The notes below the pieces were generated by a model that saw nothing but the letters and a program-made list of their open reading frames with translations, did not search any database and was not told the origin of the DNA. A stretch of DNA of 64,000 nt from Camelus ferus. Its lineage: Eukaryota. Where the stretch lies: the NCBI RefSeq assembly GCF_009834535.1, contig NC_045697.1, positions 35,838,001 through 35,902,000 on the forward strand, in the 5' to 3' direction. The position numbers and the translations under genes were made by a program. Positions 26,935-39,524 of this stretch are shown one piece after another. Each line of letters starts with the position of its first letter. Within the stretch, counting starts at the first letter, position 1.

Positions 26935-27575
26935 AAATAACAGCTAATACTTTCCAAATACTGACAGTCAAGCACTGAAGATATTGAATGCACTGAACAC
27001 AGTGGCAGGCTTTGTGTTAGGCGCCTGACATAGTTCATCTTATTTAATCTTCACAACACTTAGACATGGGTATTATTATTACCATCCTCATTTTACAGAT
27101 GAGGAGACTGAGACTGACCAGGAATGCATGGCTGGTAAGCAGCAGAGCCTACATTCTCATTTGTGTTCGTTTGATTTCAACATCTGTGCTCTTACCTGCT
27201 GGGTATTTGGGGGAAATATCTGTTCTTCAGATGAACAAAAGTTCTAAAACCCTTCTTCATTTGTACCTGAAATTAGAACCACATAGCTTGAGTTCCAAAG
27301 ACTCCAGAAGTCCAAGCCTCTGTCTTCTAGTCTCCAGATGGGAATGGTGACACTAGACCCATCTCACAGGGTTGTGAGAACCCAAGGCGGTAACGCATGC
27401 AAAATGCTTAGCTTAGTATCTGTCATGTAGAAATTGCTCAGTAAACTAACATTGTAAATCAATTACACATCAATAAAAAAATTTTTTTTAAATTTTAAAA
27501 CCCAAAATATTAATAAAGCAAATGTGTGATCTAATAATAAAAAAAGAAATTGCTCAGTAAATATGTTATAAAAAT
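26935..27575. mobile_element. Two MIRs; the second is interrupted by a short L1 tail (27446-27544)
   Basis: CCTCATTTTACAGATGAGGAGACTGAG; ATCTCACAGGGTTGTGAGAA..TGCTCAGTAAATA. Confidence 0.75.
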
Positions 27576-27879
27576 AACTAATACTTGCAAAAGCCAGTAA
27601 ATACATCAGCTGGTTAGTTTACCAATATGGCCAACAAACACCTCGCAGAAAGCAGGGTCCAAGTCATGGGATACTGACTGAGGAAGTCTTGATGGAAGGA
27701 CTGAAGAGACTGTGAGAAGTCAGTCCATGTACTTGACAGTTTTACCTGGAACTAGAACCCACCCTCTTGATGCTGGGCGAGGGAGTGAGAGGAGGGAAAG
27801 AGATGGTAACGCAGGGACCAGACAGAACAAGCTGGCTGGGTCCTCCTCTCCATCCTCCCATCAACAGTGCCATCTGACT

Positions 27880-28200
27880 GAAATCGAATGAAAATGAGCT
27901 CAATGCTATTTGAAAGTTGCTAAAACAGTCAATCTCAAAAACTTTCACCATAGTGGGGAGGGTAATAGCTCAGTGGTCGAGCGCCTGCTTGGCATACACA
28001 AGGTCCTGGGTTCAATCCCTGATTAAAAGACAAAGTTCTCACCACAACAAAACATTGTAACCATGTGAGGTGATGGGTGTGTCAGCTAATCTTATTATGG
28101 CATTTATTTGCAATATATGCATGTCAAATCATTACGTTGTACATCTTAAACATACACAATGTTATATGTTAATGCTATCTCAATAAAGCTGAAAAAAAAA
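27880..28200 (+). mobile_element. L1MA-like 3' end with a short camelid SINE inserted at 27955-28027
   Basis: TTGAAAGTTGCTAA..TCTCACCAC..ATGTGAGGTGATGG..CTCAATAAAGCTGAAAAAAAA. The SINE has A and B boxes. Confidence 0.75.
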
Positions 28201-28311
28201 TAGTTCAGTGCCAGCTCTAAAAGGGGGAAAACCATGAAAGGGCAGCATTAAATGCTGAAAGATGTTTGGGTAAGGAAATAAAAGGAAGCATTACCTGTTT
28301 AACACCAGCTT

Positions 28312-28898
28312 GGTGGTTTTCAAACTGTTCCATGGAACCCTGCTTCAGAGGTTCCACAAATGTTTTCATTAGCATTTCACTTTTTAACTATAACTTGGTT
28401 ATATAATCAACATTCTCAAGGTTGTTATAAATCAAATTTAAACTCATCGGAGACCCTCTAATTCAGAAAACTTGGGAGGTTCACTTATTTTTGTGACGAC
28501 CTCAAAAGTAAAATTCACTCACTACCTCTCTTCATTGAAAGGAATCTGGTGTATTGCAAGACAACTGTTTAAGAAACAACGGCAGAAATAAAACAAAACA
28601 AAAACAGTATTTGCAACAATATATCTGTGTGAACTTGGATTTTCCTAATCCTCTGTGAGTGAAATAAAATTCAGATACAAACAGGGTGCCGAGACCAATA
28701 ACAGATGCCAGTTTTAAAATTTCATGTTCTTCAAGGAGCCTCTTTGATCTTATTAACTTCATAAAATTAACGTTGAAAAGAAATGTACACTAATAAAATA
28801 CCATACAAAATAATACATACATACATAGTTTAGGTTCTGTATAATATTTTATTTTCCAAAAAAGATTGTGGTACCGAATGAAAAGCTTGAAAACCTCA
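28312..28898. mobile_element. hAT-Charlie-like DNA transposon remnant
   Basis: Termini GGTGGTTTTCAAACT / AGCTTGAAAACCTCAG are roughly inverted. Internal TCTGTGTGAACTTGGATTTTC and AAATTCAGATACAAAC motifs. Confidence 0.55.
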
Positions 28899-31070
28899 GC
28901 CCTTGATCATTTGGACAATGGGCAAGGGAGAGTGACTCTCTGGTTCCCACCCCCTCTCCCGGCTGCTAAGACCACCTCTTTCTTTCCTGCCCAGACCCCT
29001 GCAGCTCTGCAGGTGCAGGAAGAGAGGGGGATTCAGAGAGCTGAAATGGAGCCGGAATCTCTCCTCTGCCGCACGGGTCCACCACACACAGTAGTGACCC
29101 TGCTTCAATGCCGGGCGACTTCCCCCAGCCCCTCCTTCCTTATTCTAGGTAATACTGACTTAGGAAACAATGCAAGAAGTCTTGCTGAGATCTCAGGACT
29201 ATGGATAGTTTGCACTGTTATCCAGGAACCGCCTTCCCTCTCTGGCATTCTTCCATTTAGTCCACTGATCAGTGAAAGCAGCTAATGACAGGCCATGAGG
29301 AAAAATACCAACAGGAGAAGGTAGAGACAAACAGGAATATTGAGTCTGGTCCCATCTCTTTGGGAAATTCCAGAAGGAAGGAGTAGATGGAAAGGTGAAA
29401 ACCTAGAAGAGCAAGCATCTGAGGACTGTGAGCTGTTTTCACTTTTGCATAAAGATACCTAAGACCATCTTCTATATTCTACAATGGTTATAAAGTGCCA
29501 TTCTTTTCGCTTTAATTTTCTACATCAACATGGTCACCCTCAAACTGCAGTGTCACTTCCACTATACAAAGTAAGCCAATTTCAACCAGAAAATCTCTGT
29601 ATTGAAAAAAAAATCTTCCTGCATTTATGTGAAAACATTTCAAGTTAGAGGAATGACACATTATTTCAAGTTAGAGAAATGACAAAATAAGTGTATAATC
29701 CCTAAGAGACGGTTGCTAATCTGAATTGTACTAACTTCACATAGGTGTCCTTTCAGAGGACAACTAGTTGATTTATAACATTAATCTTGTTCAGAGATCC
29801 TGGAGAGTGGAAGGCTTGTTAGTTTGGTAACTTTCCAGCCCTATTGGAGAATTCCACCAGTCTGAAACAGGAATGGCTACAGTTAACTGGTAAAGCCGAG
29901 TCGTAGGTTCACGGAGATTCAGAAATCTATTTTATTCTTTATCTTACTTTTGTGCATGTTTAAAATCTCTCCTAATAGTTTTTAAAAATAAAATGTATCT
30001 GCCTACCTTGAGATCTATTTTAAAGTAGATTCCATCAGCCAACTTCATCTAACTTTTCACGTGACAGAAGTCACACACTAACCAGCCTCGCCTACGAAGA
30101 CTAGCACGTTCTTTCTCCCTGTTCCTTTTGGATCCAATTTTTGCAATTTTTTCCTTATTGAATGTTCTTCTCACATTTCCATCATCCACTGATTCACACT
30201 CCTGTTCCCAGATGTCACTACAGACTTTCCGTCTCATTTCCCCATATATCCAAGCGGAGAAGAGAGAAACACTGAGCCTGATAAAATGAAAGTTCCATTA
30301 GATGTTCTAAGTCTGGGTCAGCAGATAGAATTACAAATAAAAGTCTCTATAAAAATGATGTAAGGCTACACCAAAATGCAAAACAATTTTCTAGAAATTC
30401 CAGAACCATTGAGTCCATTTTTAGGGAAGTCTCGGTCTTTATCACAAATATCAGTAGCTTGTAGAGGATTTTAGCCAAAATGTGAATAGCAAAATAAAAT
30501 GGTGTATTCACTGTTGGTCAGACGGTGAGGAATAAAATTATGCCTCATCACCTGGCTTGCTGTGGGGAGCTCTCCTGACACTTCCCAAAATAAGACAGTA
30601 GCTCTTAGATCTTTAACTTAAATGCTTACATCAATTTCTCAAAGATGCTGTTTCTTTCTTTCCTTATTCTTTCTTCCCTTCCTGCTTTGTAAAATTAACA
30701 AGCTACATAGGACCAAGAATCAGTTATCCTCTACTCTCCTGTCCTGGTTCCTCCACTCCAGCCCTGCCTGGTAACATGCACGTGTTTTCACTCAATGACC
30801 TTCTCCAGCCAGGAAGCGTCAGAGGTGACACTCTCTGTCTTCAAGGAGGTCACTTTCTCCCTCTTTGACCCTGGGATCCTGTGTTCCATGGTCCCTTCTT
30901 GCTGAAAGATGGTGGCCTTTGTAACTTAAGTCTTGGTTTGGAGTCAAGATAACTGTTGTCAGGTTTGGAGTTTGTTTCTAACAGAAATCCATGGACAAAC
31001 AATGTATACAAAATGAAAGCAAGACGTGTCCTGCCGTTCTTTTGAGAAAAATCAGGGAGCATTTTAGGCC

Positions 31071-31089
31071 TTCCCACTAGAGGGCACTA
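31071..31089 (+). promoter_or_regulatory. CTCF motif
   Basis: TTCCCACTAGAGGGCACTA matches the CCASYAGRKGGCRS core exactly and lies in non-repeat sequence. Confidence 0.65.
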
Positions 31090-31819
31090 GACCCTGCACA
31101 TGTTCTCAGTCACCTCTTCTGCCACCTGCCTTCACCCCTCTCGGCCCTGACCCCACCCCAACCCTCCGATTCTAAAAAGCTTCTTCCGCGTGCACCACAA
31201 GATCTGGATGGAACTACGACCTTGTCTGCTGTGGAAAATTGGGATTCCTGAAATAGATTTTATACCATTCCTACAGATGGAGCTCAGGCCCTATCTTATT
31301 TGTTCCAGACTCTGCCTCAGAGAGGAGTTCTGGCACTGCAGTAGACTCAAAGGCTCTGGAGGCCAACACAGCTGCACCTGAGGGATTCTAAAGGTATGTG
31401 TGGAGGTGCCAGGAATCCATAAACAACGAACAAAGCTAGTCAGTCTTACCGTATCCTGCCCATAATCACATTATCTACCTCTCATGCTTTCCAGGAGTTT
31501 CTACACATCACAACCCTGCTCTCTCTAACTTTATTTTACAGGTCAGGAAAAACTGAGGTCCAGATTTATCCAAAGTTACTTGTAAGAAGCCTCTTTGGCA
31601 CCCAGCCCACCACCTCCACCATCCCCTCTGGGCAGGAGTCACTGCAGATCCATTAGGCATCAGAACCCCAATGACGACCTGGAATGTGTGCGGCTGCCTC
31701 TCCTTCCAGCCATGAGACCCGCAGACCCAGGAAGCTGCCTTCTCTCTCAGTCTAGCACAGTCCTCTACCCATGCTCTCCAGACAGACCTCCAGAAGCACA
31801 ACTGCAGGTAACAAAATCG

Positions 31820-32300
31820 TGTGTAATCTCAGAGCAGCAAGAGACCACACACCGTGGGGAAGAATGGAGCATCTTAGTAAGAGGGTGTTAGAAAGAACTT
31901 ACAGGATTGGGCTTTGGTTTAGTGATTTGCGGGAGAGTTCAAGAAACTCTGGGTGCTGTCAGGAAGTGGGGCTAATCCTTTGATCACATATCTTAATAAA
32001 TCTCATCTAGGACAGATGGGAGCAGTGCTAACACCAATATTGGTAAAGCAGCAGCAGTAACTTGGATCTGGCAGGAGAGGATGTTTGGTATTTTGTGATT
32101 TGCAGTGACCTTGTTTTTTGTCCATGCTTCGATGAAATTATGCAGTGGTCATGTTTATCGTCTCACTTCATTGTGGTCACAACATGACCCTGTCTGAGGT
32201 TGGTGTTCTGAGCGACTGTTTATGTCCTACCAGAAAACACGATGGCCCAGCTGGAGTCATCCTGGACAACATCCTAAGCGTAGCTGTTGTTGGCTATTTT
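31820..32300. mobile_element. Probable ancient LTR remnant
   Basis: CATCTTAGTAAGAGGGTGTTAGAAAGAACTTACAGGATTGGGC resembles old eutherian LTRs. Family not assigned. Confidence 0.4.
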
Positions 32301-33896
32301 CTGGCTGTCGGAAGCTGCTTCCCGCCCACGCCCCTCAACCTGTCTTTAGGCTTATCTTTTATGCCTAGAAGATGTCATGGGGATTAGATTAAATGAAACA
32401 GGAATAGCACAGTACCCCACAACTTCCTAATTATTTGAGTAACTAGCTGTCATATGCTGTCCATGGTTTTGGCAATTGCATCTCTGCCTCCCCTGAAGGC
32501 CTGCAGAGAAGGGTCCTCCTTTGCCAAATACCACTGTTTAGCATCCTAACCCCAAGGTCATGTCCAACATCTGACTTAGGGGACAAACCTCTAATATCAT
32601 CCAACCAGGAAGCCGGAGTCAGGACTTGAATTCAGATCTTCTGCTTCCTGATCCTTTGCTGCCCCACGTGCTATGATGACAGGACCAGCTGGGGACAGCC
32701 CACCTGGAACCTGGACTTGCCGTTCCAAGTCCAGTAGGGCTTTCTCACACTGCTATTGAGCCTGCAGTTCTCCTGTGAGAGATCAAGGTCCAGGCAACAA
32801 CAGAAAGGGTGCTGAGTCTGTGAGCTGCCTATCAGTTAAGGGCACTGGCGGGGCACCCTGGGATCCCATGTAACCCTGCAGGGCGAAGGCACAGATGCTG
32901 CAGTGAGACCTGAGGCTAGCGGTGATCCAGTAATGTTAGAAGGGTCTTTGCCTTATTCCCTCCTCCTACCCTGCCCCCCACCTCCTTATTCTTCTATATT
33001 CTGTACAAATTCCCATCTGAGGACAGATTCTGGAGTTTGTTCTTTGTAACTGTCCCAGACTTGTCCAGTGACCTGGGTTGAGGGTCAGGTCAATCAATGA
33101 ACATCCAGGAGGAGGTTTCCTCTCTCCCACAGCCTTCACCCCTACCTCCGCTGAAGCCTCAGAAGTCCAAGTTGGAACAGACAATAGACCTACGCTAAGT
33201 TATACTCATTTTTTTTTTTTTTTACTTAGGGCTTTGGGGTAACAGAGATGGAAAAATCTGCAGAAACAACTTCTTTTCAAAGAGTTCTCAAACAATTTAT
33301 TCCACAGGACTTAGGGGTCGTGGGGAGGGCAATAGAATGAATCTCTCCTTCACATGTTTCATAACCCATTGAAAAATATTTTTCCACCCCTCAGCACAGG
33401 CAACAGGCACTTCTCAACCTGAGACAGGTGCTATAGTGAAGGGACAGCTTCACTGCTGCTGAAGACAGGAAGGCTTGCTCTCAAATTTTTCTTCGGTTTA
33501 TTTTCTGTTACCTCAGCACAGAATGTTCTCGCAGGCAAGGTCAATTAAGAGACATCCTGCAATACAAATACAGCTGAGCTGGATGATAAGAGGAGGATTT
33601 GGTTAAATATATAGAAATGGTGGTTTCAACTGTTAAATTATTTCGCTTCCTGCCAAGTCAAATCTACGTCTCAGTTTTCTTCTCCAACCTCCCAAACTAC
33701 CATGAGGAAGTAAGAACAAACCAGGATTTCCACCCACAACACAAATGCCCAACGTTTCTAGGCAGAGTTTCTGTGGAATTCCACACCGCCTTGCTACAGC
33801 ACTGCACGCTCCCTTGGGGCAAAGAAAAAAGTGAAAGACACACACCCGTGTAACTTACAACATGAATACGATACCCTCCAGGTCGTTAATAAATAC

Positions 33897-33902
33897 TTTA
33901 TT
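33897..33902 (-). terminator. Candidate distal poly(A) signal of USP46
   Basis: TTTATT on + (AATAAA on -). Downstream on - is GGGTGTGTGTCTTTCACTTTTTT. Alternatives occur at 33296-33301, ~35888-35902, 37040-37045 and 37980-37985. Confidence 0.5.
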
Positions 33903-34655
33903 ATGAAGAAATCATCACGGGAGAAATGAGCACAAAATTAGGAATCCTTTTTACAAAAATCTAACGCCACTTCTAACTCTGGTGTCTCAGAACCAAAATG
34001 AAGCTGGTTTTCATCTGTTCGTAAGCTTCTAATTAAACTATTAAAACATAAGGGAGCCCAAAAAGAGAACATAGGTGGATAAGCCAATAAAATCATGAGT
34101 CACACAGCTTAAAAACTCATACTCTCATTGATGCTGGTAAGTTCTGGACAGGCTCTAATTATTCGGTAATAATGGAAAGAGATTGTTTAGATAATTTATG
34201 CATAAAATTCACTGTTAAAACCTTCAATATTCTGGCTCTTTGAACATGAAAATGAAGAGGCAAAATGCTCAGGTCCATTGCTGTAACATAATGGATTTAC
34301 ACATTGTTTTTAAAGTTATGTCGTCCCTATTAGGAGCTAAATAAGAGGCAGAACAGGCAAGAAAGTGGGACTCCAAGGGGATCCAAGGGAAGAAGAGACC
34401 GGCCTGCTTTATCCAACAGCACCAGCTGAAGCAGCCCCATCTGCTCAGGGGAGACTCGGGCCGAATACCCAAGTTTGGTAGGTTGTGATGAATTCCGTCC
34501 CCCATGTGTCATCTCCACACTGTAAATGTCTTTTCCACACACCTTTTTTCATAGGCAAGAGACTGAAGGCGATCCTATCTGTTCCACCTTTTTAATCCCC
34601 CAACTCCTATCATGATGCCTAGCACATAACAGGTGCTAAATAATAAAATCTCTCC

Positions 34656-34700
34656 ATTGTAAATCGACTACACTTCAATGAAGAATAAAAAAAAAAAAAA
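34656..34700 (+). mobile_element. Extremely truncated L1 3' tail with TSD
   Basis: ATTGTAAATCGACTACACTTCAAT plus A tail, matching the ends of the other L1s here. Flanks AAAATCTCTCC / AAAAACTCTCC. Confidence 0.75.
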
Positions 34701-37700
34701 ACTCTCCTCCTGGGACATCTCTAGGACAAGTCTAAGAAGTTTGTCTCAAGTACTATCCCCAAGATCGAAATCTTCCCTCGGGGGGAAAAGGACTTAGCAG
34801 GCATTTTTATCTTCATGTAAATATAAAGCATGGATATAGAAGGCTTCATTCTCTGTTCAAGGTGTCAATGAACAGAGGGATGGAAATTTGGAGAAATGGG
34901 CAACTCTTCTCATTCGCCAGAAAGTGTCATGCTGCTGGGGACAAGCCTATCCTATAAACCCCATTTGACAGATGGACAAAAGGAGGCCGGAAAGAGGAAC
35001 ACACTTTCCTGAGGTCTTCCATCCCCACAGCCTTCAAGGTTGGTGCAGGTGGTCCCCCACCGAGCCCCTGTTCTGTTCAGTCAGGTCCCCCTGAACTGCC
35101 CCAAGAGAAGATGGATCAACTTGGAGACCTAAAGGCACATCGCTCTGCTCGTGGTCTGTGGGGTTTTATTCCCATCACTGGGCCCAGGCAAGTGTATTCA
35201 GATGACAGTCTGCCCACACACAGACCCCTGAAGTCACTGTTTGGGGGTGGGGGGAGGGGAAGCCTTAAGCATTTTAACAGCAAGCTTGAGTCTCGGCCCT
35301 GGTGGGCGGGAGGGGGCACACTCTGAGACCACAGGACACGGGCATGCACCTGGCTGCAGTCTCCACAGCTCAGGCACTGCCCGGAAGCCTGGGGCTGGCT
35401 GTTGTACCCGCGGCCAGGACCACACTCCTACTCTTTCCTAGAAACCAGATGCTGATGGGATCAAAGAGCTGGAAGCCACTTCCTTATTTGGGGTATGGAT
35501 CTTTTATTTCATAACTGGCAAAGGGCATTTTCTATGCAAAATCTCAGCTAAGCAATTCGCCAGATGCCTAACATACCTGCCCCTAATTCTTTTTCTCACT
35601 GATAGCAAATTGAGACTATTCCCCAGACATAGGTTTCTGGATTCATTCTGTTGATCTTTCTCACTCAAAAAAAGTGGTGAGTTACCTTCAGAAAACTAAC
35701 TTTACAAACCTGGACAGCAGCAGGAACTTTACCTGTTACAATGACCAGAGTATTCTTTTCAATGCTTCAAAATTAACTTTGGAATGATTACCTGAGACTT
35801 GCCAATAACTCACATTTTATAAAAAAGGGTTTAAAGTCCATGTGTGTAACACTACCCAGATATAATTCTCTAGGAAGAGAATTCCTATTTTATTTATTTA
35901 TTTTTTGCAAACAATTTTAGAGGCAGGGTGTTAAACTGATTGAAGTTTCACAAGATTGACATTATTGCTTAAAGTGCTTGAATTGGTTACATAAAAAAAA
36001 TAAGGTACAGATTATTTTAAATAAAAACTAAAAAAAATTTTTTTTTAGCAACAAAGTCAAATAAATGAATGCCACACAAATACAGTAACTATTTTGGTTA
36101 TACAGAAATGGAAGCCAAAAATAAATTAATGTAATACTGGAAAACAGAAACTTAATTAGGCAGAAACATAGGAAATCATTTTCCCTGACCCATGCCATTT
36201 ACATGAGTTAATCACACTAGTGCTGATAAATGCCTTGACCATATAATAGCAAACGAGGGCAAAACATTTAGTACACAATATTTTAATACACATGAATATA
36301 CAAAGTTGATCAAAATGCAGTGTTTAAAGATAAAATCCATCTGTAATAAAGCTACACTCCAATATCTAAAATAAGCCCTAAGCTCTAGTTAGAACCTAGT
36401 TCATTATTAGGCATGCCCATGAAAATTCAGGGTATCCATGAAAATAAACGCATAGGGACCATTTCTGTCATCTTTTTCCCCATTTCATCTGAAATCCAAA
36501 ATATATCAGGCTATAAAACCAACAAGACTAGTTTCCTCGTCAAACCTACCACCCTCTTGTGTGGTTCCTTGGCTCCCTTCAAACCAGCCCACTTCACGTG
36601 GCCTAGGAATGGAAAATGCATCGGAATAACAAGACAAAAAATAGCCTTCTACCAACGTGGGCTGTTAAACAAACGACGTTTTAGCACACTGTACCATAGT
36701 CTAGACGTTAAACAAGGAAGTAACCAATAAAGCAAACAGTCCTTCTCTTTTTTAAGTGTCAAACACTGTAACTTATTTTAAAACACCCAGTAGTTAAAAG
36801 AAATACAGCAGGTTTCACTCCTGCCAGAAAGTGACACAAAAAGCTGGCCACTGTGGGAATACCGCTGAGCCTTTGTGCTGTCTGACCTCAGGATGGTCTC
36901 TCGTATCCCACTCCACTCTCTGCTTCACGCAGCGAATGAAGGATGGAAAAGAAAGAAGTGTTTATGTGCTATCGTCTTCACATAAAGTGAAATGACTGGG
37001 GGTGGGGGTGCAGAACGTAGCTGCCTTGTGTTTCTGTCATTTATTAAAGAGGAAGAGGGAAGAAATTCCTGGATAGCTCTAAAGTTTAAAAAACTGATGG
37101 AGTGTTGGCGGGTAAGTGTGTTTTGGTCTTTTTTCAGTCTTCTTTTCCTTCATCACATGACCATTTTAATGTCTTTGTATTATCTTCGATATGTATTTTT
37201 TAATTCCAAAAATTTATCCATGAATACTGAATTTTAATTGACTTTTTTTTCCTGATCCTTTCTTAATATTGAAATGAATTACTTCAGTTAAGTCACTGGG
37301 AAAAACCTTTTACACATTGCAGAAAAAAAAAATCACTGAAACTATGACTTAGCATTTAAATATGACTTCTGTAGGCTTCCAACTGAAATTTTCTTTTTCT
37401 AATAAATTAACTTCAAGAATCATTTCAAAGATAATTTTAATAGTTCTTCTTATGTATCAGTTTCAAATATATTAGAGACCAATAATCATTTTCTTAAAGT
37501 TTCAACCTGCAGTCAGACATAGGGATTATGTGTAGTACAAATAGCTCCCTGTATCATTCACCTTCAGTTGGAAAGTGTCTCTCCTTAAAAACAGAATAAA
37601 AACTCACCTTCCAGGTAAGTGATTACTGCATGTTTCATGGAGGAAAAAAAAAGACAAAATGTTTATAAATATGAATTCGCCTCTAAACAAGGCAAGGTAT

Positions 37701-39422
37701 ATTTTCATCACTTGTAGAAAACAATAATGTGAAGATCACCCTGTTTTTGTCTTCTCCAGTGAAAAGTAAAAGATGTTCACTTCAAGCATGATCAGATGAA
37801 GTGTTGGCATGCTTATCGAAGTTCTGAGCGATAAACAGTTCAAGATATTTCCAAGATAAGAAATCCAGTTTTCATACAGATAAAGTGCTATGCTCTTACT
37901 TGTTGCAAAATGGCCAGTAATATTTTCAATTGCAATTTTAGTTCACATTATGCCAAAAGTTTGCATGTTCGTTCGCTGATTTATTAGGTAACAAAGTAAC
38001 AGGTTCACAGTATATTATAGTGTATGGAAGCCAATGGACTTCCCAAAGGAAGCCAAGATCTGCAACTCATAATATTTGTAAGAAACCAAAAACCAGCTCA
38101 ACAGCAAAACACCATATCGACCCTTTTTAATAAAAGGTACCAATATGCAAATGATCTAATAAATACACATATAACAAAAGTGAAAAAGGTAAAAGTAACT
38201 ATGGTGAGATGAGGTTCTTCCAAAATGCTCCGTTGTGTCGAGCCTTCTAGGAGTCTGAGCCAAAGACACGCCACCACTTTGTCCATCCCTCCACTCGCCT
38301 ACTGACACTTCCTTTTCCCCACCTTCAAACCCAGCTAACTCCAGTGTCTCCTGGAGAGAAGTTTCCACATTAGCCCTGGGGCTCGCCAGCGCCTCAGTAA
38401 ACAGACTGAAATGTTCAAATGTCAACAGCTGTCCAACGCGGCTGATGGTGGGCAAGGTGAGTAATTTGGTTCTTCTCAGTAAAGGATGGTGTCGGTGCCG
38501 ACTGGCCAAGGAGAGCTGCACCTGAGGCAGTCACCGTGGTCTCAGCCCTGCCACTACTGGCCGCGAAACACCAGCGGGATCAGAAAGATACCTTGGAAAA
38601 CTTAGCAGTGCTGGATAAAAGATAGATACAACTCACGGGACAGAAGAAAAGTGTCACTAAAAACAAAGAGCAGAGTTATTTTCCTGAAACTCGATTTTGG
38701 TAGAAAGATAAGAAAAGGAAGTCTCCACTGTGCACCAAAGCTCCCTCGTCTTGGCTTCGCCTGCCCTGAGCTCCGCACCTCCCGGGCCCGGGAATCGTGC
38801 TGGCGAGGTGAGCACAGCCCGGGCAGACGCGAGCCACCGGCACGGCTTCTCTTCGCCCTGCTCCACCTGGGGGGCGGTCTCACTTTTGAGGTTACTCACT
38901 TTTAAACATCTTCACTTGCACAAACTTAAAGCTATAGTTCCAGCTCTAAGAGGTGAATGTCTACCCAATTCTTCTGTCCTTCTGTCAGAAAAGAGGCAGA
39001 GAAGCTAAAGATGGGTAGCAGTGTTTCCAGGGACAAGTTAAAGGAATGCATTGAAGGAGACCCCGGAAGCCATTTAGGAAGTTTAGCTAAGACCCCAATA
39101 GACTCGACGTTCGTAGGAACTGTCATTCTAATTCAGCCAGACACATAGCAGGTGACACAGCATGTACCCAACCCTAAAATTAACAAAAGTTATTCCCCTA
39201 ACCCTTACTACAGTCTGATTGTAGTTAACTCCACCTCAGACTAAAACAAAACCACGAGTAGTGCTGCATGTAGAAAAACGAGGGAGAGAGAGTGTAACAT
39301 GGCCAGACCACCGAGACTCGGGGTAACACCTGGTGGCCGCTGAGGAAGAGGAACGTCTGGGAAACCAGGTGAGAGTGCTTTGAACATTTCCCCCACTTGA
39401 ATCAGTCCCACAGCTCTGTGAG

Positions 39423-39524
39423 TTATTCTCTTGACTGATAGAATAAAATATATCCAGATTCGGAATTTTTTGATATATCTGATGTCAGGCCATAGAATTC
39501 TTCAATAGCTTGGGCATCTATTTT
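39423..39524 (-). CDS. USP46: USP46 last coding exon, [33 protein letters not shown]
   Basis: Acceptor TTGCAG|AAA, 33 codons plus TAA (39423-39425). The QSRE terminus is USP46-type. Confidence 0.97.
   Translation of the reverse strand, partial: KIDAQAIEEFYGLTSDISKNSESGYILFYQSRE

Larger units (their letters stand above)
33875..39422 (-). other. USP46: Putative long USP46 3' UTR (distal end uncertain)
   Basis: Repeat-poor stretch after the stop codon. Minus-strand AATAAA at 33897-33902 is followed by GU/U-rich sequence. Many miRNA seed matches. Mammalian USP46 is known to have a multi-kb UTR. Confidence 0.65.

Noticed and set aside
31207..31297. Repeated MELRP(C/Y)L peptide in a 63 aa ORF
   Set aside because: A short, degenerate DNA repeat with no splice or coding support.
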